Part shown: one piece after another, positions 1 through 10,590 of the stretch
How the letters are laid out: every line of letters begins with the position of its first letter
Position numbering within the stretch: position 1 is the stretch's first letter
From: Trypanosoma brucei
Lineage: Eukaryota
Assembly (NCBI GenBank): GCA_000002445.1
Contig: CP000068.1
Location: forward strand, 1,056,001-1,120,000
Length of the DNA stretch: 64,000 bases
Reading direction: 5' to 3'
Notes under the pieces: model-generated
The model's database searches: none
Told to the model about the DNA's origin: nothing
The model's input: only the letters and a program-made list of their open reading frames with translations
Translations under genes and position numbers: made by a program

Positions 1-3000
1 CGCAGCAACTCGGATACCATGGTAATGCGCATCGCCGAAGGTAAGAAATAGAGAAGGAGCTGCTCAGCATTTGCGATAAATTGTGGTGTGAACGGAACCA
101 GCGATTTCACAACGCGGTGGATCAAGGAGGGAGAAACGCCCAAGAAGATCAACCAGACGACCACAAGGACTGTCAAAAGAGATGCATCTCCCTGCAGCAA
201 CTCCCTTGCTTTAGCATCAAATGGAAGAATCAATACAGCGTCCTGCAGAAAATTGTTCGGCATCGATATAGCTGATTCTAGCATTATCAGCGCGACAGCC
301 AATGTTGCGCTTTGAAGAGAATCTGTGGTATTGGAAGTTTGGTAATCCACGGCATGTACAGCTGCTTCTTTGAGTAGGTTGTTGAATTCAACGTCTTTAA
401 TAGTCACCCTGCGAAGAACACTATCGAGTACCCGAAGAACCATGCGCGTGCTCCACGTCACACCAAAATTGGAGGTACCAGCACCTTCAAAAACAAGCCG
501 ACTTAGGGAATCACACAATCTTTGTAGTTTAAACATACATTTTTCCTTGTGAGAAGACTCCCCCCAAGCAGCGCACGTTCCTGTCGCCTTCGCGACAAGT
601 TGAATCAGGAAACGCACGTGTTCTGTATGTATGAAAGAAATTGAAGAGCCTCCCACTTCAATTTTGTTCACCTCCGCGGTGCGTGCGAGCGGAAGAATCC
701 AAGCGGAAAGTAGTTTGACATACGAGAACACATATTCAGCTGCCTTATGTGCCATACATGCAAATGTTCCCTCAACTGTAGCACTCAAGCTACCACTAGG
801 GTGCCCACCAACCGCCAACTGCAACAACGACTGCCGAGCGTAGAAACCAGAAAGAATTCCTTGTAAAGATACCGCACCGTACACAACTGTTGAGTAGGAT
901 GCGGTAAAGTCAGCACTGTCGAGAGGACAGGTTGGTAATTCACGAAGTTGTTGCAGCATCAAGGCAGCACCAGAGAGAAATGCAGAAAGTGACGGGTGCT
1001 TTCCAAAATGTCGGCAAAGCGTGTAAATGATGGCATCAAAAGAGCATGGAAGTAATTCTCTACGAAGTGAGTGCACGTAGGAGGTTTCACTTACACCTTC
1101 TCCCAGTTTGTGTATCATATGCAGACGATGGCACGTTTCATCAAGCGCTTTCGTCACCACATCTTTCAAAAGCGAGTCTACCGCTTCGATAGCTGCTGCG
1201 TTGTTTTCAGCGACAAACAACGAGGGACAAAACGGCGAGAGATTACTGCCTTTCCGGGCAGGAAACTTACGCCCGACAGAGCACCCCGCTAACGAATAAT
1301 GTAGTACCTTAAGCCAAAACAAACTGGCAACTGGCACAACATCACCGAATTGTTGCTGTAACTCTTCCACATGCACTATCAAAACCTCAACGAGTCCTGA
1401 AAAGGATGCCTCCTCGGAAGGTGCCTCCGACCCTGCACAACTCTCACTAGTAACCTCGGGAGGAATCGACAAAAGCACTCCAACGAAACTCGATATATCT
1501 CGCAGAAACCGGGTGTGGCTTTTAACCAAGTGGTCAAGTAAGATATGAAGCACAGAGAGCGCACGGTGCCGCATCCCCCGTTTCATAGTGCAGGTGAAAA
1601 TCGGAGTGATAGTCGTGTGATAACCTTTGTCATTGTAGAAAGGAATGCCAGACGTTATTCGGATATTGCCTCCGTTAGAATCCCACGTTGCTGCGCTCCT
1701 AAGGCTGAAAAGCACGACACAGACTCGTACAAACACGCTATTTTCTCCAGACGTGTTATGCTTCGAATCAAGATAAAGCGCCGAGTCGTGCATACTCAAC
1801 ACATCCAGCAAAACAGTTAGTAACCACGACGTTCCTTCATTCAGTGTGGCGTGGCCTCCATCCACTTCAACTACCTGCTCATCATTGAGACCCATCACAC
1901 ACAACTCCAGAAGTTTCAGCATGCTCTCCTCTGGAACTCGAAGACCCATCCGCCTCCTGCGAAACTCCCTGTAAGCGGAGGCCGCAGATTTCACATCATG
2001 GGTACGATGACACAAATCAAGCATATGCGTCAGTTCCGCTATCTCTGAATGTAGCTCCGGTGACTTGTATATGAAGCTCCGGTTGAGTAAGAAATACGCC
2101 ATTTCCACGTCACCTCCACACCCCTGCAGCACCGTTTTCCAAATAAAGGTAAAATCCACCTCCTTGACAACAGGCACCGGCCAAACCTGAAGTGCTAGAA
2201 GTATAATATGTCTCACCTCGTGCAACACAAAACACCGTCGTTGTTGATCTTCTGCCGTACTTGCGTCCTTATTCTCCTCACACAAAGTGTCATCCCCGCC
2301 ACGCCTATTACATTCCTTTCCTTGATTAGCTCTTTCCTTGTAATGGTGGCCCTGCCCCCTATGGCGAGGATTTCGGTGCTCTAGATGCCTCACACGCCGC
2401 GCACACGCCGTCAACGCCGCTTGTGCGATCCCTCGACTTTGCTGGTGACCCAACGCCAACAACGCAATGCGTATGAAGGAAAGTGGAGCGTGTGCAAAAG
2501 CAAATGAAAACCCTGCTATGTCGTGACTACTCAGCAGCCTCGCTTCATACTGTGTGAACAGAGACACTGCGTCAACCCACTGTTGCTGCTGCTTCAGTGA
2601 ATCGACCGTTTCAAACAAGTCAATATGCTCACTCTCGCTCAACGGAAGCTTCTTTGCCGGTGTGACGCTTCGTTCAGTTGTGCCGCGGTAGCGTAAAGCA
2701 GCTTCACTAGCAGTTTCAACAACTTGCAAGGCCTCCCGCCACCGCGGAGGGGTTGTTTGTGAGACCAACACGTCCATAATATACACGAGAGTGGTGCTCT
2801 TGTTAGTCGAATTATTGACTGCCACCACTTCATTACAATCACCTGCTATCGGATTGTGACACGGTTTTTGAGCACAAATAGAAATAGTCGCTTCAGCGAA
2901 AAGGGCTAGAGATAGTTCCCACATCTTTTCGCTCGGTTCAGTGCCTTCGAGAATGTTGACCGCGAGCCCTGTTTTTTCATTTGGGGGAAAGACACCACTT

Positions 3001-5390
3001 TCGTGCACAAGAGCGGCGACAGCAACCCGGCACAATTGCCACCTTTCCTTCTTTTCTTTAGTTTTCATTTGAAGTCTCTTGTTTTTTGTCAACCTTAGCA
3101 TATGCTCCAGCAACCCCTTTACGCGATAGTCCGCTATGGACTTAACGAGTGTGCCCAGCGTGGCAGTGATGTCGGGCACGGAGACTGAGTTTCTTTCCAT
3201 GTGAGTATGCGCAAGCATGGAAGCTAAATCGTTTACACTCTCTTGACGCTTCAGCACTTCTGATAGCCCGGGGACTACAACCGAGGAGTCAGACCCCATG
3301 CGAAATTGAGTGGGATTGTCATCTCGATGTTGGTGGTAAAAACAACCACCCTCTCTGAGAGAGACACCACAAATATCCACGGTAAACCGTCTGCTGAGAA
3401 ACTCCACTAGTTGCTGTATTTGCTTCATGGATTCGTCACTGACAGGAGATAGATCTTCCGTAATAATGTCATCGTCAACGTTAACGTGTGGGTCCCGCTT
3501 ACGGTTGCGACGGTTTTTATTTGTCGACTCATCGCCGCTTTGGGAAACCACCCGGGTCTTTCCTGCTTCACTTTCTCTATGTATGCGGTCCACGTAATTA
3601 TCGGCACCGAACCACATTGCCAACGCTGACGTCTCAGCAAAAAGCTCTCGTAGAAGCTCTTGCCAAGCGATGCATACACGCAGTTCATCCCCTTGTGCTT
3701 CTTTTTGGACATGGCGAAGAAACAAAGTGCTATTTGGAAAAAACACATCAGTCCAAAATTTTCTCCGCATCGCCGTACGAACAGAATTTGCGTCGAAAGA
3801 AAGTGAATCGGCAGAGCACTTTGAAACATCGCCGAAAGTGGGTTGCCGAATAACCCGGCATCCATCGATAACACGACAACTATTAACGCATGCGGTCATA
3901 ATTGTTCGGACGGTATCGACAACAACCCCAACGATAGCATCTCTCATTTCAACCTCGTGCTCATGAGTAAGGGCAGCAATCACAAGAGCGCCGTGCGACA
4001 TCAACAGCTGCAATACACGCTGCGCGTACTTGAGTTCAGAGTTGTCCAGCAGGCACACTGAGCAATCCTTCTCCCCATCCCCACCGTCCAGTAGCACTAA
4101 ACGTGCCGAAGCACACAACCGTATCAATGTGGTGGCATCCTCCTGCAAATGCTTCTCCTCGCTCTTCCGGGGTAGCAGATGTGGGGAGCACCGGAACTCA
4201 AACTGTCGCCTCCGCTGCTCAACCTTCAAAATAACCAAGTTAAGAACTGCCCTCCATTTCAATAGTTCTGTGTCGACTGCTGCACCCCAGTTTTCTCTTA
4301 GCTGTGCACACCACAAGAGTAAGTTCGCCGCATTGCACTCGAGGAAATGTGAGGGTGCCGTATCATCCCTTTTAACATCTTTTCCCTCACTCATTATGTA
4401 AGTGGGTAGATCGCGAATTACACAACCGTCAAGCATCTGTTCCAAAGCGATTTGAAGAACGTGTTCCATTGCTTGGGGCCGAAGGTTAGCGTTGTTGGCG
4501 ACCGCAGATATCAGTGAGTTTAAACTACAGCGCTCTGTCAGGTTATCGCAAACTCCGTTTCCCTCTACTCCTACCTCCCTTGGTGTGCCTTCGTGGTACG
4601 TGCAAACACGCAGTAACGTATATACTGCATCTTCCCACGATGAGGTGAAGCAGTCTGACATCTGCCCCTGTAACTTCAGCCAATGGGACTTATTACCAGG
4701 ACCATCGGCCTGATCTGAAGGTTCAAACACATCACGCACGCCAAGAAGCAGTTCAACTTGAATTACTCGAGTTTTCGTGTGTGGTCCTAAATTACACAAA
4801 TCAACAGCGCGAACTGACGAGTGCTCCTCCGTAAGTGATGCATTTGCCAGGAGAATATTCCTTGCGAACATTAACTGTTCCCTTCGCTTATCAGTCTCGA
4901 ATGTTGAAAATTCGTTAGAGTTACTACTTTGTCCACTCCCATGCTGTTGCCAGCTGTCCATAGCACGCAGAGCACTACGTACAATATCAGGCTCAAGCTG
5001 CAGCCTTTGTTCAGTGGCGTGTCGCACAAGCATCACCACCGCTCGCCAGCTCCCCATGCTGATAACGGCCTCTGACGCAAGAGCGGCGCCAAGCAGTACG
5101 TTACACAAATCCTCATCATCTTTTTTAATATCAGTAGTCACTGCACCAGTGCCCGCAGTTGTGGGGGTAGTTTTTTCATTCACTGCGATGAACTGACTAC
5201 TTAAACGGAGGACAAATTCCCACTGTCCGTTAGCTACTAAAAATGGGAAAAGTGTTTTGTATGGGAGGCTGCGAAGCGAGGTTCTGGCTTTCTCACACCC
5301 ACGGAGCACGCGTAAACAGGCGCGCCAGTCACCGCAATCAATATGTTTGGAAAAATATGTCGATAGAGAGTCACGTAGCCGTCCGGCCAT
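1..5390 (-). CDS. Large hypothetical protein, >=1796 aa inside the window, running off the window start (no stop within window)
   Basis: Manual minus-strand translation. A TAG at 5459-5457 is followed by the first ATG at 5390-5388. The frame was spot-checked open at about 4700, 4000, 3150, continuously through 2820-1320, at 620 and at 60-1. It is absent from the ORF track because it lacks an in-window stop. A T-run in minus sense lies at 5441-5460, and a polyY(-) tract at 5560-5760 sits upstream of the ATG. Confidence 0.7.
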   Translation of the reverse strand, partial: MAGRLRDSLSTYFSKHIDCGDWRACLRVLRGCEKARTSLRSLPYKTLFPFLVANGQWEFVLRLSSQFIAVNEKTTPTTAGTGAVTTDIKKDDEDLCNVLLGAALASEAVISMGSWRAVVMLVRHATEQRLQLEPDIVRSALRAMDSWQQHGSGQSSNSNEFSTFETDKRREQLMFARNILLANASLTEEHSSVRAVDLCNLGPHTKTRVIQVELLLGVRDVFEPSDQADGPGNKSHWLKLQGQMSDCFTSSWEDAVYTLLRVCTYHEGTPREVGVEGNGVCDNLTERCSLNSLISAVANNANLRPQAMEHVLQIALEQMLDGCVIRDLPTYIMSEGKDVKRDDTAPSHFLECNAANLLLWCAQLRENWGAAVDTELLKWRAVLNLVILKVEQRRRQFEFRCSPHLLPRKSEEKHLQEDATTLIRLCASARLVLLDGGDGEKDCSVCLLDNSELKYAQRVLQLLMSHGALVIAALTHEHEVEMRDAIVGVVVDTVRTIMTACVNSCRVIDGCRVIRQPTFGDVSKCSADSLSFDANSVRTAMRRKFWTDVFFPNSTLFLRHVQKEAQGDELRVCIAWQELLRELFAETSALAMWFGADNYVDRIHRESEAGKTRVVSQSGDESTNKNRRNRKRDPHVNVDDDIITEDLSPVSDESMKQIQQLVEFLSRRFTVDICGVSLREGGCFYHQHRDDNPTQFRMGSDSSVVVPGLSEVLKRQESVNDLASMLAHTHMERNSVSVPDITATLGTLVKSIADYRVKGLLEHMLRLTKNKRLQMKTKEKKERWQLCRVAVAALVHESGVFPPNEKTGLAVNILEGTEPSEKMWELSLALFAEATISICAQKPCHNPIAGDCNEVVAVNNSTNKSTTLVYIMDVLVSQTTPPRWREALQVVETASEAALRYRGTTERSVTPAKKLPLSESEHIDLFETVDSLKQQQQWVDAVSLFTQYEARLLSSHDIAGFSFAFAHAPLSFIRIALLALGHQQSRGIAQAALTACARRVRHLEHRNPRHRGQGHHYKERANQGKECNRRGGDDTLCEENKDASTAEDQQRRCFVLHEVRHIILLALQVWPVPVVKEVDFTFIWKTVLQGCGGDVEMAYFLLNRSFIYKSPELHSEIAELTHMLDLCHRTHDVKSAASAYREFRRRRMGLRVPEESMLKLLELCVMGLNDEQVVEVDGGHATLNEGTSWLLTVLLDVLSMHDSALYLDSKHNTSGENSVFVRVCVVLFSLRSAATWDSNGGNIRITSGIPFYNDKGYHTTITPIFTCTMKRGMRHRALSVLHILLDHLVKSHTRFLRDISSFVGVLLSIPPEVTSESCAGSEAPSEEASFSGLVEVLIVHVEELQQQFGDVVPVASLFWLKVLHYSLAGCSVGRKFPARKGSNLSPFCPSLFVAENNAAAIEAVDSLLKDVVTKALDETCHRLHMIHKLGEGVSETSYVHSLRRELLPCSFDAIIYTLCRHFGKHPSLSAFLSGAALMLQQLRELPTCPLDSADFTASYSTVVYGAVSLQGILSGFYARQSLLQLAVGGHPSGSLSATVEGTFACMAHKAAEYVFSYVKLLSAWILPLARTAEVNKIEVGGSSISFIHTEHVRFLIQLVAKATGTCAAWGESSHKEKCMFKLQRLCDSLSRLVFEGAGTSNFGVTWSTRMVLRVLDSVLRRVTIKDVEFNNLLKEAAVHAVDYQTSNTTDSLQSATLAVALIMLESAISMPNNFLQDAVLILPFDAKARELLQGDASLLTVLVVVWLIFLGVSPSLIHRVVKSLVPFTPQFIANAEQLLLYFLPSAMRITMVSELL

Positions 5391-6255
5391 AAAAGGAAAG
5401 TTATTATTCCTCGTATTGGTGTGCTGCGCTAATGTAAACGAAAATACGAAAAAAAAACTATTAATTAGATCAAATCCAAAGAATATCCGTCTCGGACCTT
5501 TTTTGATGTGTGCACGCGGGCAAGTAGTTGTTTTTGTAAGTAGTCCGACCTCACTGTGAAGAGGATGGCACTGCACAAGGAAATGGGCAACTTCCCACAA
5601 TAGTTATGACTAATCCCTGCAATGCGATAACGGTAAAAGGGGAGTGCCTCATTGTTTAAAGCAAAAACAGAGAAGGTGTAATGCTGAATGTGCCACAAGG
5701 AGAGTTGGAGTAGCCAAAACAGGCTAACAGTGCCATAAAGTGGCACAGGAAACGTTTTAACACTGCAGCGAGGGTTAGCAGTCATTAAAAAAAATGTGTA
5801 AAGTGCTTGTTTTATACGTGAATGATTCATTCAACTGTAAAATCGGGGGAAATGAAACAAGCAACTCTTTTCGCACTCATACAGTGTCTTTTTTCATTCA
5901 TCCCCCTTCCAACTATCTTGTCACTCACTACAATCGGCGACCTCCGCGCCATAGACACCTATAAGCTCATCCGCAAAAACGCCCTCGATCCTTTCCAGTC
6001 ACCCTTAATTTAACTCGCATTAAGACACCTTCTCTGCGTGCCATACTCTCCCAAGAGAGACCACCGACAAACCACTAATAACCGTAGCGCATTTAGAACC
6101 CCCGACCGCGCCCTTGGTAACCAACATCTGCTATATCAGTTTCCAAGCGAGGTGGTTGGGAAGCCGATACTCTTGTCCTCCCCTTAAACCAAAATAAAGA
6201 AACTTTTCCTCACGCGACACCAATGTTTCTTGAAGGAGGGAGGAGGGGGGAGGTG

Positions 6256-6543
6256 CTACTCCATACCGAGGGATCCCGGGGGCAGCCCTTGCAGCATCTC
6301 TTTTTCCCGTTGCTCCCTCGAAGCGTTCATCAAACGCATAACCTCAAAGTGCCGTGCGATGCACTTCCGCTGGCAAGCCTCCATCTTTTGTAGTTTAGCG
6401 TCCGGTAGAACCCCTTCAACTAATTCGTGTCGGGTGAGGTTACGGTCATAACATATGTCCCAGCATTGCTCAAGCGCACTATTTGCGAGATCAAGCATCC
6501 CGTAGCGCTCCATAGCCTGCATGAGCATCATTTGGCTCTGCAT
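6256..6543 (-). CDS. Small twin-CX3C protein (95 aa), possible small Tim-like/intermembrane-space protein
   Basis: Track ORF 6256..6561 opens with TTG. The first ATG is at 6543-6541 (MQSQMMLMQAMERYG...). Motifs are CWDIC ... CQRKC, two CX3C pairs about 25 residues apart. The orientation fits the surrounding minus-strand polycistronic unit. A polyY(-) tract (purine-rich on +) lies upstream at about 6780-6900. Confidence 0.4.
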   Translation of the reverse strand: MQSQMMLMQAMERYGMLDLANSALEQCWDICYDRNLTRHELVEGVLPDAKLQKMEACQRKCIARHFEVMRLMNASREQREKEMLQGLPPGSLGME

Positions 6544-6715
6544 GACTACTTCCAGCCACAAGTGATTGAAGTGGATAAGAAACGAAAGTAATTAACACTT
6601 TCCTTGTAACTTATTGCACGGCTACTCCCCCTGTGCGCTCTGTTTGACCGGCAAAAAAGATACCTACGTCTGGAGGAAAAAAAAATCCCTAAGTGATTTT
6701 TGGCACGCCTTCCTG

Positions 6716-6736
6716 TATATATATATATATATATAT
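6716..6736. repeat. (TA)10 microsatellite
   Basis: Read directly. Confidence 0.95.
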
Positions 6737-6960
6737 TAGGTCCGTAGTCCCCGTGGGTAAAGAATGCGCGAAGGTATTTGAAGATGTGAAAGTGTGCAAG
6801 GGAAGAAAAGAACCGAAAGGTGACTTGGAAAAACGTAACTTAGAAGTTACATGAATAAAAATGAAGGCAGTAGCGACAACATCGTGTAGAAATGGGGAGA
6901 AGAGAATCGTGAAGAAAGAAGATTTGCACAGCTGTCCATGTAAGATCGTACGCTACATTT

Positions 6961-7262
6961 TCTATTTTTATTTTCTTCTTTCCCCACCAACGCCACCGCC
7001 GTGAGGTGGCATCTTTCCATATAGATTTCACAGCTGGTAATTGATCTACTTTTGCTTTTTTTTTTCCTTCCCCCCTTCCCTTGTGCCGCCGTTTCACATC
7101 CCTATTTGCGCCCTCATTAAAATATACACCACCCTTTCATCAACTCGCAGTTGCAACCCTATCCACCCCTCATATTATTTTCTCCATTCGCCATTATTTA
7201 CACATTTTCCCTCCCCATTCTAAACTCCACCATTTCTTCCCCTCCTCCTCCTCCGGTTACTA
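6961..7262 (-). other. ~300-nt block that is almost pure C/T on + strand (purine/G-rich in transcript sense) between SOD and the small CX3C ORF
   Basis: ttttctatttttattttcttctttccccacc ... cctcctcctcctcc. The transcript-sense G-rich stretch GGAGGAGGAGGAGGGG could form a G-quadruplex. Confidence 0.8.
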
Positions 7263-7699
7263 AATCTTCCACTACAATGTGAACAAGTTTATGGTATTTT
7301 GAACTGAAGAAGCAAATAGGAACCAGAGGACGATAGAATCATTATAGAAGGTGCCGAAAATGTACGAGTAAAGGAAAATAAATAAAAATAAATAAGAGTC
7401 ATGGAGGAAAATACAAAGTTGTGAAGGGACCTAAGCATCCGATCCAACAGTAAGAAAAAAAGTGGGAGACATCAAGCTACGTTCGGTTGCGTATAACTTA
7501 ATTAACAGCTGCATCGCACATCCATGAACGGAAAGCACAACCTCCTTCCAGAAATATCTTCACTAAACTATAAAAGTAAGGGAGACAGTTGAGTCAAAAC
7601 CGTGAGAAGCATCAAAAAACAGTAAAGTTTAAAAAGTTAAAGGCGCGCACCGAAAAAAAAAATTAATGGATAAGCTGACCTTTTGCAGAGGCACTGAAG

Positions 7700-8416
7700 T
7701 TACTTCATAGCCTGTTCATACGTCCTTGAAACAAACTCCCAATCAACAATAGTCCAAATTTCCTTGAGGTAATCCACGCGCCGGTTTTCAAAGTCCTTGT
7801 AATATGCATGTTCCCACACATCCACTGTGAAGACGGGTCGGAGTCCTTTTGTGATTGGGCACCCGGCATTGCTGGTATTATCAATTACAAGAGGTTTACC
7901 CTTATTTTTCGGGTCCACACACAACCACGTCCAGCCAGAGCCAAAGTTGTTTGCTCCCGCTTGCATGAACGTGTCCTTAAAACCGTCAACTGAACCAAAC
8001 TGAGCAGTGAGGGCAGACTCCAGGGATTTGGGCATTGGCTTCCCATTGGGTGTAATGCACAACCAATAAAAGGAGTGGTTGAAGTGCTGTGCCGCTTGGT
8101 TGAACAAGACCTTCTTCTCAGAATCATTAGCTAAAGCAACGATAATATCCTCCATAGTTTTTCCATCGTATGTGGCTCCCGCCAGTGCATTCAACTTGTC
8201 AACATACGCCTTGTGATGCTTCGTGTAGTGCAGCTCCAACTGACGTGGGCTGAGCACCGGTGCACATCCGTCTTTCCAGTTGAACTGAAGCGGTGGCAAT
8301 TCCGCTGCTGCTCCATTTGGCTTCTTAAGGTTAGGCAAAGTTGCGTACTGCATGCACGCAAGGCCCAGTGGTGCCATGTGATGGCCCGTTGCGCAACGCA
8401 TCATGACAGACCTCAT
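7700..8416 (-). CDS. SODA: Iron superoxide dismutase with N-terminal mitochondrial-type presequence
   Basis: Fe/Mn-SOD motifs: HYTKHHKAY, FNQAAQHFNHSFYW and DVWEHAYY (metal ligands). Track ORF 7700..8443 begins with GTG. The first ATG at 8416-8414 gives MRSVMMRCATG... The gene symbol is by analogy with T. brucei mitochondrial Fe-SOD and is my recollection, not verified. Confidence 0.85.
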   Translation of the reverse strand: MRSVMMRCATGHHMAPLGLACMQYATLPNLKKPNGAAAELPPLQFNWKDGCAPVLSPRQLELHYTKHHKAYVDKLNALAGATYDGKTMEDIIVALANDSEKKVLFNQAAQHFNHSFYWLCITPNGKPMPKSLESALTAQFGSVDGFKDTFMQAGANNFGSGWTWLCVDPKNKGKPLVIDNTSNAGCPITKGLRPVFTVDVWEHAYYKDFENRRVDYLKEIWTIVDWEFVSRTYEQAMK

Positions 8417-8640
8417 ATGATAAGATAAAGTGCCTGCACACACCAGTTGCTTTCCAGTTCCTCTTATTTTCCCTATGCCAAAACCTCGCTCACAAATGAT
8501 CTATACTCTCCTCGGTTTGAACGAAACCTCTTTTTTCTCCAGTGTGTCGCAAAGCCAACTCTTGATATATAGTGACAGCAATAATTTTTTTTTTTAAATG
8601 TTTTCTTCCACTACCCAGCTGCTAATACGCAAGCTGTCAA

Positions 8641-8870
8641 TAAGTCCGTAATAATAATAGTAATAACAATGACAACAGCAACTACACGGTGCGCGTAGAA
8701 AAAAGAAACGTTTTTTTTTGACTTTTCCTCTTGCTGTATTTTTTAGTCGTAAGTGTTCAAGTAAAAAACTAAAACAAATAATAATGATAATGATAACAGT
8801 AACCTTTAACCACACAGTAAACGATAACAAACAAACAATAATAACAACAGCAATAGTAAGTCCTTAGATG
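8641..8870. repeat. Imperfect AAT/AAC/ATG trinucleotide-repeat blocks in the intergenic region between the mito-L2 and SOD genes
   Basis: taataataatagtaataacaatgacaacagcaac... and aataataatgataatgataacagtaac...caataataacaacagcaatag. The track translates these as poly-Y/poly-I artefact ORFs. Confidence 0.85.
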
Positions 8871-9354
8871 TGACAACCCTGATGGTCCCTGGTTTCTTTT
8901 ATTTCCTTAAGCGAGAAAACACACAACGTGTAAAGAGAAAAAGTGGAAACAAATTGAAGAAAGGGTTGTAAATAGTAAGAGGGATATGTTTCAAAAAAAA
9001 AAGGCAATGATGCGCGATACTGGGAAGCGTGGGGAGCCACAAATTACCTGATCGCAGCCTCGGTGGCGAACATGCCTACGAAAAAGGCGGTACAGTGGGG
9101 AGAAACCTATCGCGGGTAGTAGTTTGTAAAACAACAAAAACAACAGAATGAAAGGTAAAGAAATAGGGATCAGATGTACCACACTGAAGCATATGAAGCC
9201 TCCCCCCCTCCTCCGTTAAAAACAAAGGAAGGCGCGACAAGAGGCACGAAGAAATAATTCACGTCGTGAATAAATTTACCTCTTTTCATTATTACCGGTC
9301 ATATTACGTCAGCTTGTTTTTCCGACAACGCCACGACCGCAAATAACTCAACCT

Positions 9355-10590
9355 TTACCTGTAAACAGGATCCCGATTAGCCCAACTGTATGTCTTTGAT
9401 TTAATGTCCGCCACCGTCTGACCTTTATTGTACTGTCTACCTCGTAGAATGTAACCTGACAGCCAATATTTCGTCTTGACGCAATTGCGCGGGTGGATCC
9501 GCCAGTCTAACGGCACCAACAAGTTTGAAGAACCACCATTACCTCCACCAGCAGGGTGACTGGAAACCCTTTTTGTTTTGGAGTGTACTTTCGGTCGGTG
9601 GGGCATATACTCCTCCACGTTCCTCTTACCGAAGTTTCGCTGGTAGCGATACATCACACCTGCCCGACGACCGAACACCGCATGACACTCATTATCAAAG
9701 AGACGCACCTCCTTGGAGGGAAGGAGTAATGGAACAAGATTGGGTTCCGCGCCACGCAGCACAACCGCCGCGGCGCCACTTGCACGGCAAATGACACCTC
9801 CGTGGCCGGGGTACATCTCAACCGAGTGCAGTTCCTTGCCATAAGTCACTTCACTAAGCGATACAGTTTGCCCTATCGTCGGTAAACCGCTGCTAGATCG
9901 TTTGTTGTAACATATTCGTGGAAGCTGCTTGTACGTAAGAAGCTCAGCAACGTACGCACCATTAGCGTAAAGGAAGAAACCAACAAACTTCTTTTTCCTT
10001 GGCAGGTGCACAATGCACGCAAGCCATTTGGGGACACGTTTTTGTGGTTTGTGATTCACCATAATTCTATACCCCCAAGAGCGTTCCTCCACACGGCGGT
10101 AATGTCCCATCACCACTTTACTTCCTGGGTTCGTTCCCGAGCGGTGCCCCCAGTAATCGCGGCTGGAAAACCCTTGCCAATCGTAATACAGGGGTGTATA
10201 TATCATCATATTTGCATTCACCTGAAATGGAGACCAAATATCCTTCTGCAAAAGTTGCTGCGAAAAACCATGGTCTGGGGACCGCACGTATTCCAGTCGA
10301 AGCGTCATGGGCGGGCCTTCCTTGAAGACACCGAAGTCATCGGTGTAGCCATCATACATTTCGGTATGCTTAATTTGTACATCCTTTCCTGCCTCCAGTT
10401 TTGGTTCTGTACCGTAATGTTGGCTACCTTGCTTACCTATTGGATTCGATAGTTTTACGCCTCGCTTTGAGCCGCACAGAACGACGGGTAGAAGTGTTGA
10501 CAAGTCAGAAACCGCTGCCGTGCGGGCAGCTACTGACCGGTGCAGGACATTTCCATATATCAACGTAATGGGGCGTCGCCATGTTGCCAT
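9355..10590 (-). CDS. Mitochondrial ribosomal protein uL2m (kinetoplastid-expanded L2)
   Basis: The C-terminal half carries diverged uL2 signatures: GHGGVICRASGAAAVVLRG, and HPAGGGNGG (compare bacterial HPHGGGEG). Track start 10599 is GTG. The first ATG at 10590-10588 gives MATWRRPITLIYG. The N-terminus is basic and hydroxylated. Confidence 0.6.
   Translation of the reverse strand: MATWRRPITLIYGNVLHRSVAARTAAVSDLSTLLPVVLCGSKRGVKLSNPIGKQGSQHYGTEPKLEAGKDVQIKHTEMYDGYTDDFGVFKEGPPMTLRLEYVRSPDHGFSQQLLQKDIWSPFQVNANMMIYTPLYYDWQGFSSRDYWGHRSGTNPGSKVVMGHYRRVEERSWGYRIMVNHKPQKRVPKWLACIVHLPRKKKFVGFFLYANGAYVAELLTYKQLPRICYNKRSSSGLPTIGQTVSLSEVTYGKELHSVEMYPGHGGVICRASGAAAVVLRGAEPNLVPLLLPSKEVRLFDNECHAVFGRRAGVMYRYQRNFGKRNVEEYMPHRPKVHSKTKRVSSHPAGGGNGGSSNLLVPLDWRIHPRNCVKTKYWLSGYILRGRQYNKGQTVADIKSKTYSWANRDPVYR

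Noticed and set aside
81-5559. Seventeen short plus-strand ORFs listed by the track (e.g. 3488..3853, 4777..5196)
   Set aside because: They lie antisense to one continuous minus-strand ORF (1..5390). Their frames are mutually inconsistent and have no homology.
8594-8830. 78-aa minus ORF with YYYYYY/IIIIII runs
   Set aside because: It is a translation of the AAT/ATA trinucleotide-repeat blocks and falls in an intergenic region.
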